Virus record (IMG/VR): IMGVR_UViG_3300038701_001282
Location: 3,939 to 67,938 of that record
Source of the DNA: a virus
Length of the DNA stretch: 64,000 bases
Strand: one strand, 5' to 3'
Below, piece by piece: positions 28,988 through 39,593 of this stretch (positions are counted from its first letter, which is position 1; the number at the start of each line of letters is the position of its first letter). Under the pieces are notes generated by a model. It ran no database searches. It was not told the DNA's origin and was given only the letters and a program-made list of their open reading frames with translations. The position numbers and the translations under genes are program-made.

Positions 28988-30590
28988 TTAAATAGACTTT
29001 CCTGTGTAGTCGCTGAGAACTATATCGCCAATACATACATCGTCGCGACCAAGTTCTAATTTTGCCCACGACAAAATGTCTTTAATTGTTCGATCTTCAG
29101 AAAAGCATCTGCTAATGTGATGATCCCTGAAGGAGTCAACACCAACTGTGACGCAAATAGTTACCGTTGCAACAATTTCCACTTTATTCTCCTATAGAGG
29201 GGTTATGAGTTAAAAGCCCAACCATGCACGCCAACCCAAGAATGATAAGAGCCTCTTCCTCAGTTTTTATTACTGTGTTTGTGTTTGCAATTACGAGATT
29301 TCGGAATCTCTTTAGCTTCTCTTTTGTCTCTTCTTCACTCACTATCATTACTCCTTATAAAATACGAGGTTTATTTTTTGGATCGGCTGGAAGCAATAAT
29401 TGCCACAACCTATATCTTTCTTTGTGTAGCTCTTCGTTGGTTGGCTGCTCCACTTTATTCATTGGAGGTCTAAATTTTCTTTTTCCAATGTCGCAAACTT
29501 CGACATGTTGCGTATACTTAAACCATGAGCCATCCTCGAAAGGGCGCAAATACTCCACTATAAGTTTGGTTTTTATTTTTATCCTAAACCCAGATGGTCG
29601 CCTTTTTACTATTTCGATTTCCATATCTATATCTATTCCTTATCTTCTGTTAGTACTGACTTAAGCTCCACAAACAATTCGTATGGACATACCCGGTCAA
29701 CAGCGTTTAAATTGTCGTACTTTTCACAAGCGCGATTTATAGCGCTTTCTAGCTCTTGATTCTTTTTCTCTAATTCTTGTATGCGGTTCTGTTGTTCCGC
29801 AACTAAATCTTGATTGTAGTATTGTGTAATCGCAGCTAGTTTACCTGTAATGACTCCATCTAAGAAAACATTATCTAAGATAAACATAGCCACAATAAAT
29901 GACCCTAACCCAGTAAAGAAATCACACCAATTCATAATTTAATCCTTACCTACTTTCAACATGTGGCTGATGAATTGTTTAAAATCATCTGGCATACTAT
30001 AGGTTATATCTTCTTTTTTAGGTTTGTCTTTTGTCAGTGCTAACTCCAGATTGGCTACAAGCTGTTTTCTCATAACCTCTTTAGATCTGGGGGTCATCAG
30101 GTAAACATCATTGTACTCTATTATAAAGTCACATATGGCACTTTCTAGTTTTTGGTTTCTGCTGGCAAGTTCTACATAGCCGCTGGATAGTTTTGTGTAT
30201 GCAACTCCTAGATCTTTTATTTGTTCTTTAAAAGCAACATTTTCATCTGCCAATCTATCAACATATTCTTTAAAATGATGTCCCATTACTTACCCTCTCT
30301 AAATCATAACGTAATGCAGCATTCTTTAACTCAAGGCCTAATACTAAGTTAGTCACTTCATGCAGCTTATTTGTTCCAAATGCTACTCCATGGCTAGTTG
30401 GCCACCAACCACCATCTTCTTCTAACATGTCTATTCCATACAGTATGTCACGAACTTGAGATTCTTTGTTGCATTCTGGAGTCTTAAGCTGTTTATTCTC
30501 TTCTTCCAGCTCCTGTATGCGGTCTTCTAGTTGCACTATCCTTAGAAGTGCTTTATTCAATAACTCATTTTCAAAAAGATTCTTATCCAC
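28988..30590 (-). other. leftward small ORFs (28988-29182, 29355-29624, 29633-29935, 29939-30286, 30270-30590), several with RIQELE coiled-coil motifs
   Basis: packed ORFs sharing RIQELE(K/E) and LF.NELLNKAL segments. Confidence 0.55.
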
Positions 30591-30592
30591 AG

Positions 30593-31216
30593 CTATAATT
30601 TTCCTTCTAATAAGAAATCATTGTATGTGATATTACACATATCTTGGTAAGTACTTTTTATTGCTTGTTCAAACTCTACTAAAGGAGTTCTGTATATGTG
30701 CATCATATAATCCATGCACACATTTATGTAATTCTTATCTATCCATCCTTTTTCATTAAGCATTAGATATCTATGTGTATGGCCGTGTATGTTTTTCTTG
30801 CCTCTAAGCTCATTTGGGTGTATAGGGGCATGAGACAACCAGAACCCTTTGTATTTATACACCCCGTAAATATCATCATATACTTCAACAAGGTCTGACA
30901 TTTTATTCACTTGTCTGTCTAGGTCATGATTTCCACATATTAGTACTTTCCTTGCCTTGAGTCTAGAAATAAATTCCAACGATTCGTAATCTAGGGCAAT
31001 ATCCCCTAAAAAGAATATCATGGACTTCTTACCATCGATTGCTTCTAGCCCTCTTTTAATAAAAGAGTCATGAGACTTATCAGAATTGAATTCATCTCTA
31101 TACTTACAAATGTTCTTGTGGCCTAGATGAAGGTCTGAACAAATATACCTATTCATTATCCTTCTCCCCAGATTGATAGGCCTGCTCTGAACACCTCTGC
31201 TAAATTGCAACTCCAA
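30593..31216 (-). CDS. calcineurin-like phosphoesterase
   Basis: SDLHLGH, FLGD, ICGNHD, LSHAP, IHGHTH. Confidence 0.9.
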   Translation of the reverse strand: MELQFSRGVQSRPINLGRRIMNRYICSDLHLGHKNICKYRDEFNSDKSHDSFIKRGLEAIDGKKSMIFFLGDIALDYESLEFISRLKARKVLICGNHDLDRQVNKMSDLVEVYDDIYGVYKYKGFWLSHAPIHPNELRGKKNIHGHTHRYLMLNEKGWIDKNYINVCMDYMMHIYRTPLVEFEQAIKSTYQDMCNITYNDFLLEGKL

Positions 31217-31346
31217 TCACAAGAGAATAATATTTCACCAGTATCCTCGTTGATAAAATCTATACAATCATCCTGGTAAGATATTAGAAGCTCCATTGGT
31301 TCCTGATTGTTATTAAGTACTGTAGTGACAATCTGTGTTTTCATTG

Positions 31347-32060
31347 CTATTCCTCGATAATAGACAAAAGATCTTTTAGTTTGTATATTTTGACTCCAGT
31401 ATAGCCTATATCTTTGTAGTTTTCAAATATAAATGATCCTGTATCAATAAATAATGAATTAGCTGCTTTAATAACTTTTTTAGTTATAGTGTGCCCATGC
31501 ACTGTCATTGTGACATTACTGATTCTTCTAGCTTTTTCCGCTCTCTCTATTCTCTTTCTTCCCCAAATCATTTTTGCTGTTATTTGCGGATCTAATTCTT
31601 TCTCTTCTTCCTTTGCCAGATCATTCCAGTCATGAGTTGGAGGTTCTGCATGACATATCCCAACAGTCTTATTTCCTACGTCAACTGTCAGCGAATAAGG
31701 TACAATACTTCGTATAGATTTACATACTTTTCGTAAAGTTTCTATATCTTCTTGGTAATACCATGAGCCTCCATTATTAACCCACATATCATCGTATTCA
31801 CCATCCATTATGGTATCTAGCATTAGTATTTCATGATTACCGAGAACTGGATGAAACCAACCCTTACTGAATAATTCTAGGCACTTGAAACTTTCTGGGC
31901 CTCTATCAACTATATCTCCAACAGAGAATAGCCTATCAATTGCCACATTAAATCCTACACGATCCAATTCTTTTTGTAGTTGGTTGTAACAGCCATGTAT
32001 ATCTCCTACAACATAGTCACTACCTAAGTAATTGTTGGTATAGTTTTTGTGTAGTAGCAT
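31347..32060 (-). CDS. Ser/Thr protein phosphatase (lambda NinI/PPP-like)
   Basis: GDIHG, SVGDIVDRGP, LGNHE, VHGHT, IDTG. Confidence 0.92.
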   Translation of the reverse strand: MLLHKNYTNNYLGSDYVVGDIHGCYNQLQKELDRVGFNVAIDRLFSVGDIVDRGPESFKCLELFSKGWFHPVLGNHEILMLDTIMDGEYDDMWVNNGGSWYYQEDIETLRKVCKSIRSIVPYSLTVDVGNKTVGICHAEPPTHDWNDLAKEEEKELDPQITAKMIWGRKRIERAEKARRISNVTMTVHGHTITKKVIKAANSLFIDTGSFIFENYKDIGYTGVKIYKLKDLLSIIEE

Positions 32061-32082
32061 ATCTCAGTCCTCGGTGAGTTAA

Positions 32083-32595
32083 TTACTTTTGAAACCAGCT
32101 CTTAATGGTTTCTATAGTATCAGATGTATCAAACCTATATCCACCTTCTAGCCCAAATGCATCATAAGTATTTCTATCTTGGTTAAATGCACATGAGTGA
32201 TGGGTATATTTCCCATTTACATATCCTACACCAATACTATCTTTCCATTCAACAAAATTTATCTTTGCTCCTACATTTGATGTTAACTTATCGTTTAGTC
32301 CTCCTTCGACACACTGAGAAGACAGCCCTTTAACATTGTCTATCCCAAAGTAAAGCTCAACATAAGAGAAGTATTTAACTTCTAGTTCATTTGAGAAAGC
32401 TCGTGGAGCAATCACTAACGTAAGGAACACTACCAGCATTACAATAGCAATACCTTTAAGAATTCCTAAGCCTTTCCTGCTGCCAAGAAAGTACTCTTTG
32501 ATTCCAGATAGATTATCTCTGAAAGCATAAACTGTATAAATTACAAGAAATGATAAAATCACTAAGAATGTTACGTCTGTCGATAATAAAGTCAT
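32083..32595 (-). CDS. membrane-anchored protein with beta-strand-rich C-terminus
   Basis: two hydrophobic segments then alternating beta strands ending GLEGGYRF. Confidence 0.6.
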   Translation of the reverse strand: MTLLSTDVTFLVILSFLVIYTVYAFRDNLSGIKEYFLGSRKGLGILKGIAIVMLVVFLTLVIAPRAFSNELEVKYFSYVELYFGIDNVKGLSSQCVEGGLNDKLTSNVGAKINFVEWKDSIGVGYVNGKYTHHSCAFNQDRNTYDAFGLEGGYRFDTSDTIETIKSWFQK

Positions 32596-32604
32596 ATTTT
32601 CTCC

Positions 32605-33165
32605 TTAATATGGTAAATTGATTATTGTTGGTTCTCCTCCACATCCGCTGCTCCAGTAGCAAGCAGCCTCAATGGCAGTTTCTATCTTCTTTTGTATTGA
32701 CATCTTACTTTTAGCTGTGGTGTATAGGCTTCCATAGGCATAGGAGTAACCACAACCTATCGCAGAATAATCGTCTGCATTCTCTCCTACTTGAAAATCA
32801 CATTCTATTGTAAATAGATTACCTCCAAAAGTAACCACAAATGTACCTGCTGTTTCTTCGTTGTTAATCACAGAGGTGTATCCGTGCTCCTTGAGTATCT
32901 TTCTCCACATAGGGACTAGGTACTGCACAGTATATGCATGTGGATCTTCCTGCATTAAATCTCCTGGACATTGTACAGGTTCTGAGTGATACCTGAGTAT
33001 CTGCCCCATCCTGAATGAATCGGTGAACCCGTACCCAATCTCATTGGAGATAAACACTTTCTCGTCAAGCCTGAAGCATCTGTCAGTTCCGGCAGTTCCT
33101 TGTGAGTCTGCTCCAAGCCAAACCTTGTTATTCTTTTGATCTTTGTAGGCAACAACAATTGTCAC
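32605..33165 (-). CDS. HslV-like Ntn-hydrolase (threonine peptidase)
   Basis: N-terminal Thr, LGADSQGT, conserved K (DEKVF), AIGCG..YAYGSL, A.EAA....GCGG. Confidence 0.8.
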   Translation of the reverse strand: MTIVVAYKDQKNNKVWLGADSQGTAGTDRCFRLDEKVFISNEIGYGFTDSFRMGQILRYHSEPVQCPGDLMQEDPHAYTVQYLVPMWRKILKEHGYTSVINNEETAGTFVVTFGGNLFTIECDFQVGENADDYSAIGCGYSYAYGSLYTTAKSKMSIQKKIETAIEAACYWSSGCGGEPTIINLPY

Positions 33166-33389
33166 TGTTGGCCCTCCTCTTCTATTGTTACAGTTATTTC
33201 AAATTCTACATCACCATTATCATCTAAGTAAAGTTTAACATACTTATCTTGTTTTAACAGTACTGCGTGAACTCTGGCACTGTTTACTGTAAAAAATAAC
33301 GAATCCAATCTGTTTTGAGATATGTCTGGTACAGATGTTGTATAAGGTTGAGTAGACTTAGGGGATGAAGATTTTATAATGTACGGCAT
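33162..33389 (-). CDS. hypothetical protein
   Basis: ORF behind AGGTG RBS. Confidence 0.5.
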   Translation of the reverse strand: MPYIIKSSSPKSTQPYTTSVPDISQNRLDSLFFTVNSARVHAVLLKQDKYVKLYLDDNGDVEFEITVTIEEEGQQ

Positions 33390-33493
33390 ATATCACCTAA
33401 TTAATAGTTGCTGTAAGTAACACTTTAACTAACACTATATGCCACAAACTGCAAGCTGTAAAACATGTTATTATATTTTATAGCTATTAAAAT

Positions 33494-34342
33494 TTAAACA
33501 CTAAAAGGATATGGCATAGGGGGGTGATGCCTGTAGCCCTCTACTTCAAAATCGTCTAGTGTAACCCAAGTCATAAGATCTTCTAAGTCCTGGATAAATG
33601 GGTTGATTCTTAATTTCGGGTGTTCGTATGGTTCTCTTTGGAGTTGAACTTTAAAATTATCGATTTGATCTTCATATACATGGACATTAACAATGTTGTG
33701 AAAAGCTTTAGCAGGTTTAAGGCCTGTAATTTGAGCCATGACCATAAGGAGCCAAGCCACTTGCACTTGGTTGAAACAATGCCCCAAAGGGAAGTCATCA
33801 GATCGTTGATCAGATGTAAGATACAGTTTATCATTAACAACACTAAAAGTATGAGTATGCATACAGGCATTAAGACATGCACGATCTCTTTCTCCTGGAT
33901 TATTGAATGTCATTATCTCACAACGATTATCTTTCCCTTGCCGAAGGTCATCATAAATCATTTTTAATTGATCTATACTCTCTCCCTCTGGGTTCTTCCA
34001 GTCTCTCCCTTGAGCACCATAACATCTACCCATGTCATCTGGGCCTTTCCGAAATGGGTTATTAAGCCAAGCTTCATTGTCATTCGCATTAGCATTCCAA
34101 GTATTACATCCAAGATCTCTAAAGTCAGCAGCAGAAGTATATCCTCTTAGGTATCCAAGCATCTCTGCTATAGCCGGTTTCCAGAATACTTTCTTAGTTG
34201 TTTCGATTGGAATAGTCCCATCGCTTACGTCATACTCAAGTCTAGCTCCAATCAAAGTTAAACATCTTTTACCAGTTCTCTCGTTGTAAATCCACTCCCC
34301 CTCCTGGAGGAGCTTCTTACCTAGTTCAATGTATGCACTCAA
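33494..34342 (-). CDS. thyA: thymidylate synthase (Vibrio/Pasteurellaceae-type)
   Basis: NERTGKRCLT, GPDDMGRCYG.Q, catalytic Cys region LNACMH, QRSDD.PLG, HVYEDQ. Confidence 0.95.
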   Translation of the reverse strand: MSAYIELGKKLLQEGEWIYNERTGKRCLTLIGARLEYDVSDGTIPIETTKKVFWKPAIAEMLGYLRGYTSAADFRDLGCNTWNANANDNEAWLNNPFRKGPDDMGRCYGAQGRDWKNPEGESIDQLKMIYDDLRQGKDNRCEIMTFNNPGERDRACLNACMHTHTFSVVNDKLYLTSDQRSDDFPLGHCFNQVQVAWLLMVMAQITGLKPAKAFHNIVNVHVYEDQIDNFKVQLQREPYEHPKLRINPFIQDLEDLMTWVTLDDFEVEGYRHHPPMPYPFSV

Positions 34343-34773
34343 TCTTCAAAATCCTCTGGGTTTTCAAACTCTGAAAGTATATCCTCTACAGCCTCTTGCA
34401 TTTCAAGAATCTGTTTCTCCATACCCTCTCCTGATATTGGGTTATCTTCTGGTATAAGGTCATCGTCGTATAAGTCAGCCAGTACAATACCTCCGTAAAT
34501 GAAGTTATAGTTTTCTGCCATCTCTCTTAATAAGTGGCCCATAACAAGTGGACTCTTAGGAGGCCCTGCCTGAAATGTTGCGACCCTTCCCTCTGGACTT
34601 CGGGTATGAACAATTACTTCTTCAATTTTGCCTTCTTTAGCCGCTCTCAGTAGGTGCAGTAAAGTACAAATAACTCCCTCATTACCATTATCATCTTCTT
34701 TAATATTATTGACGTTTACTCTGGTTTTACTGTTTATATCAAAAACATTACCTTTTTTATCTGTCATAATCAC
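34339..34773 (-). CDS. hypothetical protein
   Basis: operon-packed between phoH and thyA. Confidence 0.6.
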   Translation of the reverse strand: MIMTDKKGNVFDINSKTRVNVNNIKEDDNGNEGVICTLLHLLRAAKEGKIEEVIVHTRSPEGRVATFQAGPPKSPLVMGHLLREMAENYNFIYGGIVLADLYDDDLIPEDNPISGEGMEKQILEMQEAVEDILSEFENPEDFED

Positions 34774-35527
34774 CTATACCTTCTTGAATAAATGCCATAG
34801 TCCACTTCTTACAAGCTTCAGATCTAACAATGTCTTCTGGACGGTTGAAATCAATAAGCCCTGTAAGCTCTTCTAGCTGTGGATTGGCTATGGCCATGTT
34901 TCTTAGAAATCTTAAACCACTCTCCTGTGTTAAATCTGTTTGTCCTATATCGCCTGAAAGTATCATTGTGCAGTTATGCCCGATCCTTGTTAGGAGCTTC
35001 CTGGCTTCTTCCACAGTGATATCTTCTGCTTCTTCAACAAGTACTATGCAATCCTTAAGACTACGCCCTTTAATAACTTCTAAAGGAATAAACTCAATCT
35101 CTTCATGTTTGATAGCCTCTTCTAGGGCACCTTTATCCATACGCTCTTTAAACACAGAGAGTACTTCACCTAGCCATGCAGCAGATTTCTCAGCTAAAGT
35201 TCCAGCAAAGAATCCTAGTGATTTACTCTTGGAGGTTGCAGGCCTTACCAAGAATATTTTATCAATATCTCCTTTTCGGTACTTGTCGCAAGCAAATGCT
35301 GCCCCTAAATAGCTCTTACCAGTCCCTGGATATCCTGTTACAATTATTACTGGCTTACCTTCTTCAAGGTATTTTAGATACATCTTCTGCTCAGGATTTC
35401 TTGGTTTTAGTGGAGCAGCATTAATCTTTTGTTGTCTTTGCTCCATGAATTTAGGAGATATAGTTTTTTCTTCTCCTCTGGCTGCTTTAGATCTACGATT
35501 ATTTCTTGTTGAATCTCTTTTGGCCAT
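34757..35527 (-). CDS. phoH: PhoH family ATPase
   Basis: GYPGTGKS, LVRPA, LGFFAG, RGRSL-like IKGRSL, EEAED, SGDIGQTDL. Confidence 0.95.
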   Translation of the reverse strand: MAKRDSTRNNRRSKAARGEEKTISPKFMEQRQQKINAAPLKPRNPEQKMYLKYLEEGKPVIIVTGYPGTGKSYLGAAFACDKYRKGDIDKIFLVRPATSKSKSLGFFAGTLAEKSAAWLGEVLSVFKERMDKGALEEAIKHEEIEFIPLEVIKGRSLKDCIVLVEEAEDITVEEARKLLTRIGHNCTMILSGDIGQTDLTQESGLRFLRNMAIANPQLEELTGLIDFNRPEDIVRSEACKKWTMAFIQEGIGDYDR

Positions 35528-35805
35528 TACTTATCGCCCTTATCTTCTTTTGATTTTTTAACTTTTTCTTTCGCATACTCTTCTACAGAACTCACAAGAT
35601 CTTGCATACCTTGATGAAAAGTAGGGACATCTTCAGCTAAGAAAGAATTTCCTATATCTCCTCCTCTAATTCCCCACATGGGGTAGCATACTAATAATAT
35701 GGTAAACCTTGTAATCTTGTTACCAGAAGATTTAGGGAGTGTAAACCACACTCCCCGAGCAATTGCTAATAAATAAATACCAAGTAAAGTTAGAAATATT
35801 GCCAC
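35527..35805 (-). CDS. small membrane protein
   Basis: hydrophobic N-terminus, GTG start. Confidence 0.55.
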   Translation of the reverse strand: MAIFLTLLGIYLLAIARGVWFTLPKSSGNKITRFTILLVCYPMWGIRGGDIGNSFLAEDVPTFHQGMQDLVSSVEEYAKEKVKKSKEDKGDK

Positions 35806-35966
35806 TAGGTATATACTCCTTTTTGATTATTATCTAGATACCAGGGAATTTCAGTCTTACATTCATTACATAACTTAATATTCTGACTAGTTAATGAGAC
35901 TAGTCTGGTATCCCCGCATTTAGGACATTCTTTAGTAGTGGTTTTCTTTTTCTCCTCTTCAGCCAT
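35805..35966 (-). CDS. small zinc-ribbon protein (not in ORF track)
   Basis: 53 aa MAEEEKKKTTTKECPKCGDTRLVSLTSQNIKLCNECKTEIPWYLD..., ATG overlaps nrdB end. Confidence 0.75.
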   Translation of the reverse strand: MAEEEKKKTTTKECPKCGDTRLVSLTSQNIKLCNECKTEIPWYLDNNQKGVYT

Positions 35967-36981
35967 ACAGCTTCTCTTCTAGTATCCCCTTATACTTATT
36001 GTAATCTACATTTCCTTTTAGGGGTTCGTGAGAGTAGTCAGTAATCTTCTTCTCAAAGAAATTGTCATGATGTCCTCCAGTAGTAAGCCACTCCATGAAT
36101 TCAAACTCCTCTGGTATTGTAGAAGGTGATGATAACTTTAATCTATTAAGTACTCCCAGCTCTTTTAAACGTGTTTCTTTAAGATGTTTAAAGTATCTTG
36201 CATACCCTTCTTTAGTCAGTCCGTCTTGGTCTGGTAAAAGATCTACATAAGCAAGTTCACAGGCTTCGTATTCAAATGCCATCTCAATGGCAAAATCCTT
36301 AAACTCTGAAACTTCATCTTCAGTACAGTCCTTCAACATCTCCTTAACAATCTTAATGTTGTATTTCACATGAAAATTTTCATCATTAAGTGACCACTGA
36401 TTAATATCATTAAACCCAATAAGTAATCCTTTAGTTTTAAAATTAAGGAAACTGGAAAATGCTCCAAATAGTCCGATACCCTCTCCTAACAACACTTTAC
36501 ACAAATGCTTAGCAGCATTGATAGGCTGAGACAAATCTCCGATATCCTTATCAATTAAGTCTAGCTTATCTTGCATCTCTACATAATCCTTGAACTCTAC
36601 CCAAGCTGAGTCTGGAAATCCAAAAGTCTCTGCAGCTAAAGCATATGCACGTTGATGCACAACTTCACGAGCCAGGAATGTTGAAAGAAGATTACTAATC
36701 TCGTTGTTCTTCACATAGGGGATAAGTTTCTTATAGCCTACACCTACATTCTTATCGATCTCTGTAAACAAGCATATCTGGCTTGCAATTAATTCTTTAT
36801 TTTGTTTATGGGAGACATTCTCAGTTTCCAGTCCCCCATCGCTTTTAAACTGACGTATATCGTCTAATAAGTCCACTTCATGGACATCCCAATGCATGTC
36901 TATTGCATGTTCCTTAGCTGCTTCTACAGCCCATGGGTATTTGAATGGACGATATGTTTCACTTTCTTTAAATACACTCAA
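35959..36981 (-). CDS. nrdB: ribonucleotide reductase class Ia beta subunit
   Basis: FTEID, REVVHQRAY (ExxH plus radical Tyr), GEGIGLF, DENFH. Confidence 0.95.
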   Translation of the reverse strand: MSVFKESETYRPFKYPWAVEAAKEHAIDMHWDVHEVDLLDDIRQFKSDGGLETENVSHKQNKELIASQICLFTEIDKNVGVGYKKLIPYVKNNEISNLLSTFLAREVVHQRAYALAAETFGFPDSAWVEFKDYVEMQDKLDLIDKDIGDLSQPINAAKHLCKVLLGEGIGLFGAFSSFLNFKTKGLLIGFNDINQWSLNDENFHVKYNIKIVKEMLKDCTEDEVSEFKDFAIEMAFEYEACELAYVDLLPDQDGLTKEGYARYFKHLKETRLKELGVLNRLKLSSPSTIPEEFEFMEWLTTGGHHDNFFEKKITDYSHEPLKGNVDYNKYKGILEEKLYG

Positions 36982-36998
36982 TTAATTGTCCTCATTAA

Positions 36999-38834
36999 TT
37001 ATCCTTGACAACTTAAACATTCGGATGGTTCGTAATTAATTTTTTGTTGGTTGAGTGGCTGCTGCACTGAGGACTCTCCTCCAGCCTTCTCTCCTCTCAT
37101 GTAATATAGACCTTTTAAACCTTTAGCCCAAGCTGCCATATGCACATCAGACATGTAAGACTTGTCCCAAAGGTTATTCTTAAACAAATTAACACTTTGG
37201 CCTTGGTCAATATACTCTTGACGTATTGCAGCTAACTCTACAATCCACAAGGGATCAATCTCTCTAGAAGTCTTAAACACCTTCTTGTGTTCCTCTGACA
37301 TCCAGTCAATCCACTGAACAGATCCATCAGCTTTTGCAATAGCCTTCCACACTTCAGGGTTATTTTTATTGTAGGCATCTTCAAGAACTTTTTCAAGATA
37401 TTTGTTCTTAACTAAGAAGCTACCAGCTCTCCCTTGAGCAGTGAAGCAATTATAAGCCCAAGGTTCAATGCTTGGGGATTCACCTACCATATCACTGCTA
37501 GAAGCATTAGGGGCAATTGCCAACAAGTGGCTATTACGCATACCACTGCCAATACAGTCTTCAGGCTCACCTCTTTCTTTAGCGAGCATCTTAGAACCTT
37601 CAATTGCTTCAGATTCGATTAATGAATACATCTCATGAGTTAATGATACAGCACTTCCAAAGCCACCACTTTCGAAAGGTATTTCTTTCTTTTGAAGTAT
37701 GGAATGAAACCCTAAAGTTCCTAGTCCAATAGCCCTCTCTTGAGATGCGCTGTGTACAGCTCTGCTTAGCTCTGGAGGGGCTAGCCGTATAAAGTATTCC
37801 AATACGTTATCAAGCAACCTAACTAGATCCTTGACTATTCCTGTGCCCTTCCACTCGTCATACTTAGCTAAGTTCAGAGATGATAGACAACATACTGCTG
37901 TACGTTTCTCAGAGGTCATGAGATGGATCTCATTACACAGGTTGGATTGTGTCACTGAGTAAGTGTTTTTAGTTATCCATGGATTCCTATCGCGATTTAC
38001 AGTGTCAATGAAGTTAAGGTAAGGCTCTCCAGTCTTATGGCGAACCTCCATCAACAACTCCCACACCTCCCTGGCATTCAGAAACTCTCCTGTAGGGCCA
38101 TGTTTAGGGTCAATTAGCTCATAATCTTCTCCACGAATAACCTTCTCCATGAAGCTATCTGTAATATTCACAGCATTGTTTAGGTTAAAACATTTTTGAT
38201 TTATATCTCCACCAGAGGCAGGATCTCGCATAGACACGAACTGAAGTATTTCAGGGTGGTCAACATTCAGGTAAGCAGCAATACTGCCTCTTCGCGATTC
38301 ACTTTGTTTATAACTTAATGAGTCTGCATCATAGCCTCGCAAGTGTGCCATAACACCAGTAGATTTCTCATCGGGTGATCTGTTAGAAGGGAAGACTCCG
38401 ATACCACCGCCCATCATGGATAGCCATGCAGTCTCCATACGAGTACTAACTAGACCCTCTTTAGTGTCTGGGACATAAGACAAGAAGCAACTGATAGGTA
38501 GCCCATCTGCTGTGACATTCTCCTCTAACCAATCTCCAGCCTCTTCGAACTCAGCTCTGAAGAACTCTGGCCACTCAACAGGTAGTGCTGTAGACAAGAC
38601 AGGGGAGGCAAATGTGAACCACCCTTGACTAGCATACTCATAGATACGTTGTGCAAATTCGTAGTCTCCGAAACTATAGCAAGTAGCTGCCCTAGCAAAG
38701 CTTTTCTGTGGGCTATCTTCTCCGTCTTTCTTGTAAAAGCCTTTCTTGGTAAGTAATGCCATACCCTTCTCAGGTATGCTTGAGTCTCTAGACTTGTCAA
38801 TGACAATGCCTAGGTATTCTTCGACTATACTCAA
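36999..38834 (-). CDS. nrdA: ribonucleotide reductase class Ia alpha subunit
   Basis: FASPVLS, ISCFL, RRGSIAAY, QSNLCNEI, AIAPNASSS, YIDQGQS.N, GLKGLYY. Confidence 0.95.
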   Translation of the reverse strand: MSIVEEYLGIVIDKSRDSSIPEKGMALLTKKGFYKKDGEDSPQKSFARAATCYSFGDYEFAQRIYEYASQGWFTFASPVLSTALPVEWPEFFRAEFEEAGDWLEENVTADGLPISCFLSYVPDTKEGLVSTRMETAWLSMMGGGIGVFPSNRSPDEKSTGVMAHLRGYDADSLSYKQSESRRGSIAAYLNVDHPEILQFVSMRDPASGGDINQKCFNLNNAVNITDSFMEKVIRGEDYELIDPKHGPTGEFLNAREVWELLMEVRHKTGEPYLNFIDTVNRDRNPWITKNTYSVTQSNLCNEIHLMTSEKRTAVCCLSSLNLAKYDEWKGTGIVKDLVRLLDNVLEYFIRLAPPELSRAVHSASQERAIGLGTLGFHSILQKKEIPFESGGFGSAVSLTHEMYSLIESEAIEGSKMLAKERGEPEDCIGSGMRNSHLLAIAPNASSSDMVGESPSIEPWAYNCFTAQGRAGSFLVKNKYLEKVLEDAYNKNNPEVWKAIAKADGSVQWIDWMSEEHKKVFKTSREIDPLWIVELAAIRQEYIDQGQSVNLFKNNLWDKSYMSDVHMAAWAKGLKGLYYMRGEKAGGESSVQQPLNQQKINYEPSECLSCQG

Positions 38835-38882
38835 CTAGTATTCTCCTTTATTTTTAAATTTTAATTTTTTAGGATAGTTCCT

Positions 38883-38910
38883 ATTATAACACAGATTTTA
38901 ATTTTGTAAA
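38883..38910 (-). promoter_or_regulatory. sigma70-like promoter for nrdAB block
   Basis: minus strand TTTACA-16nt-TATAAT with TG extended -10. Confidence 0.5.
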
Positions 38911-38921
38911 GCACTTTTTAG

Positions 38922-39404
38922 TTATAAATAGATATCCCAATATTCTTTTTGTGGGTCTATGTGTTTGCCATTGTGTCTTATTTGGTAGTGTACATGATTT
39001 GGTATTCCATGGTACCTACTACCCAACCCTTGGAACTGGCCAATTACGTGGCCTTCCTCCACTACCATACCCAGAGATAGGGCTGCATCAGGCTCTACAT
39101 AGAAGAACTCATGGTCAAATACCTCTCCATCGTCCTCTGTAGTCTCTATACGAACATATCGATATGATAGGTCATCAGCATAGGGGTATCCAAACTTTGT
39201 CACCACACCAGGCTTAGGTAAGCTCCAGAGCAGATCATCACCTACACTGTTGTAATAGTCAATACCATTGTGTAGCCTTGTGCCACCAGCCCTACTGGCT
39301 CCGTAGTGACCAGCACCAAACGAGTCTACATGTCTCTTGGTTAATTTAGATACAGCTTTTAGTTCTATTGTTGACATTTTAGTACCTTCTCTTTTGATTA
39401 TCAC
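38922..39404 (-). CDS. M23/LytM family peptidase (candidate endolysin)
   Basis: HNGIDY (HxxxD) and NHVHY (HxH) zinc ligands. Confidence 0.85.
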   Translation of the reverse strand: MIIKREGTKMSTIELKAVSKLTKRHVDSFGAGHYGASRAGGTRLHNGIDYYNSVGDDLLWSLPKPGVVTKFGYPYADDLSYRYVRIETTEDDGEVFDHEFFYVEPDAALSLGMVVEEGHVIGQFQGLGSRYHGIPNHVHYQIRHNGKHIDPQKEYWDIYL

Positions 39405-39429
39405 CCTGTGGGTGTTGTATTGGAATGAA

Positions 39430-39506
39430 TATAAGTAGAAACGAATCCTTGGAGGAGCATATGAATATAAGTAAATATAAATCTATAAGTAAACTTATAA
39501 TAATGA
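39430..39506. repeat. composite intergenic repeat, copy 2
   Basis: see 1759-1817; extra TATAAGTA copy inside. Confidence 0.9.
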
Positions 39507-39593
39507 GGAGTTGCTAGTATGCGTGTTACACACATAAGAGTATACTATATATATATATAATAATATCTGTAACCTTTCCCAAGGCTTACTCCC

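Noticed and set aside
35805-35958. Apparent stop read-through of nrdB, and hairpins GATACCAG/CTGGTATC suggesting an ncRNA
   Set aside because: On recounting, the Zn-ribbon ORF is in a different frame with its own ATG at 35966, so the region is ordinary coding sequence
39541-39562. (TA)n run
   Set aside because: Short low-complexity tract in an AT-rich promoter region; no further support
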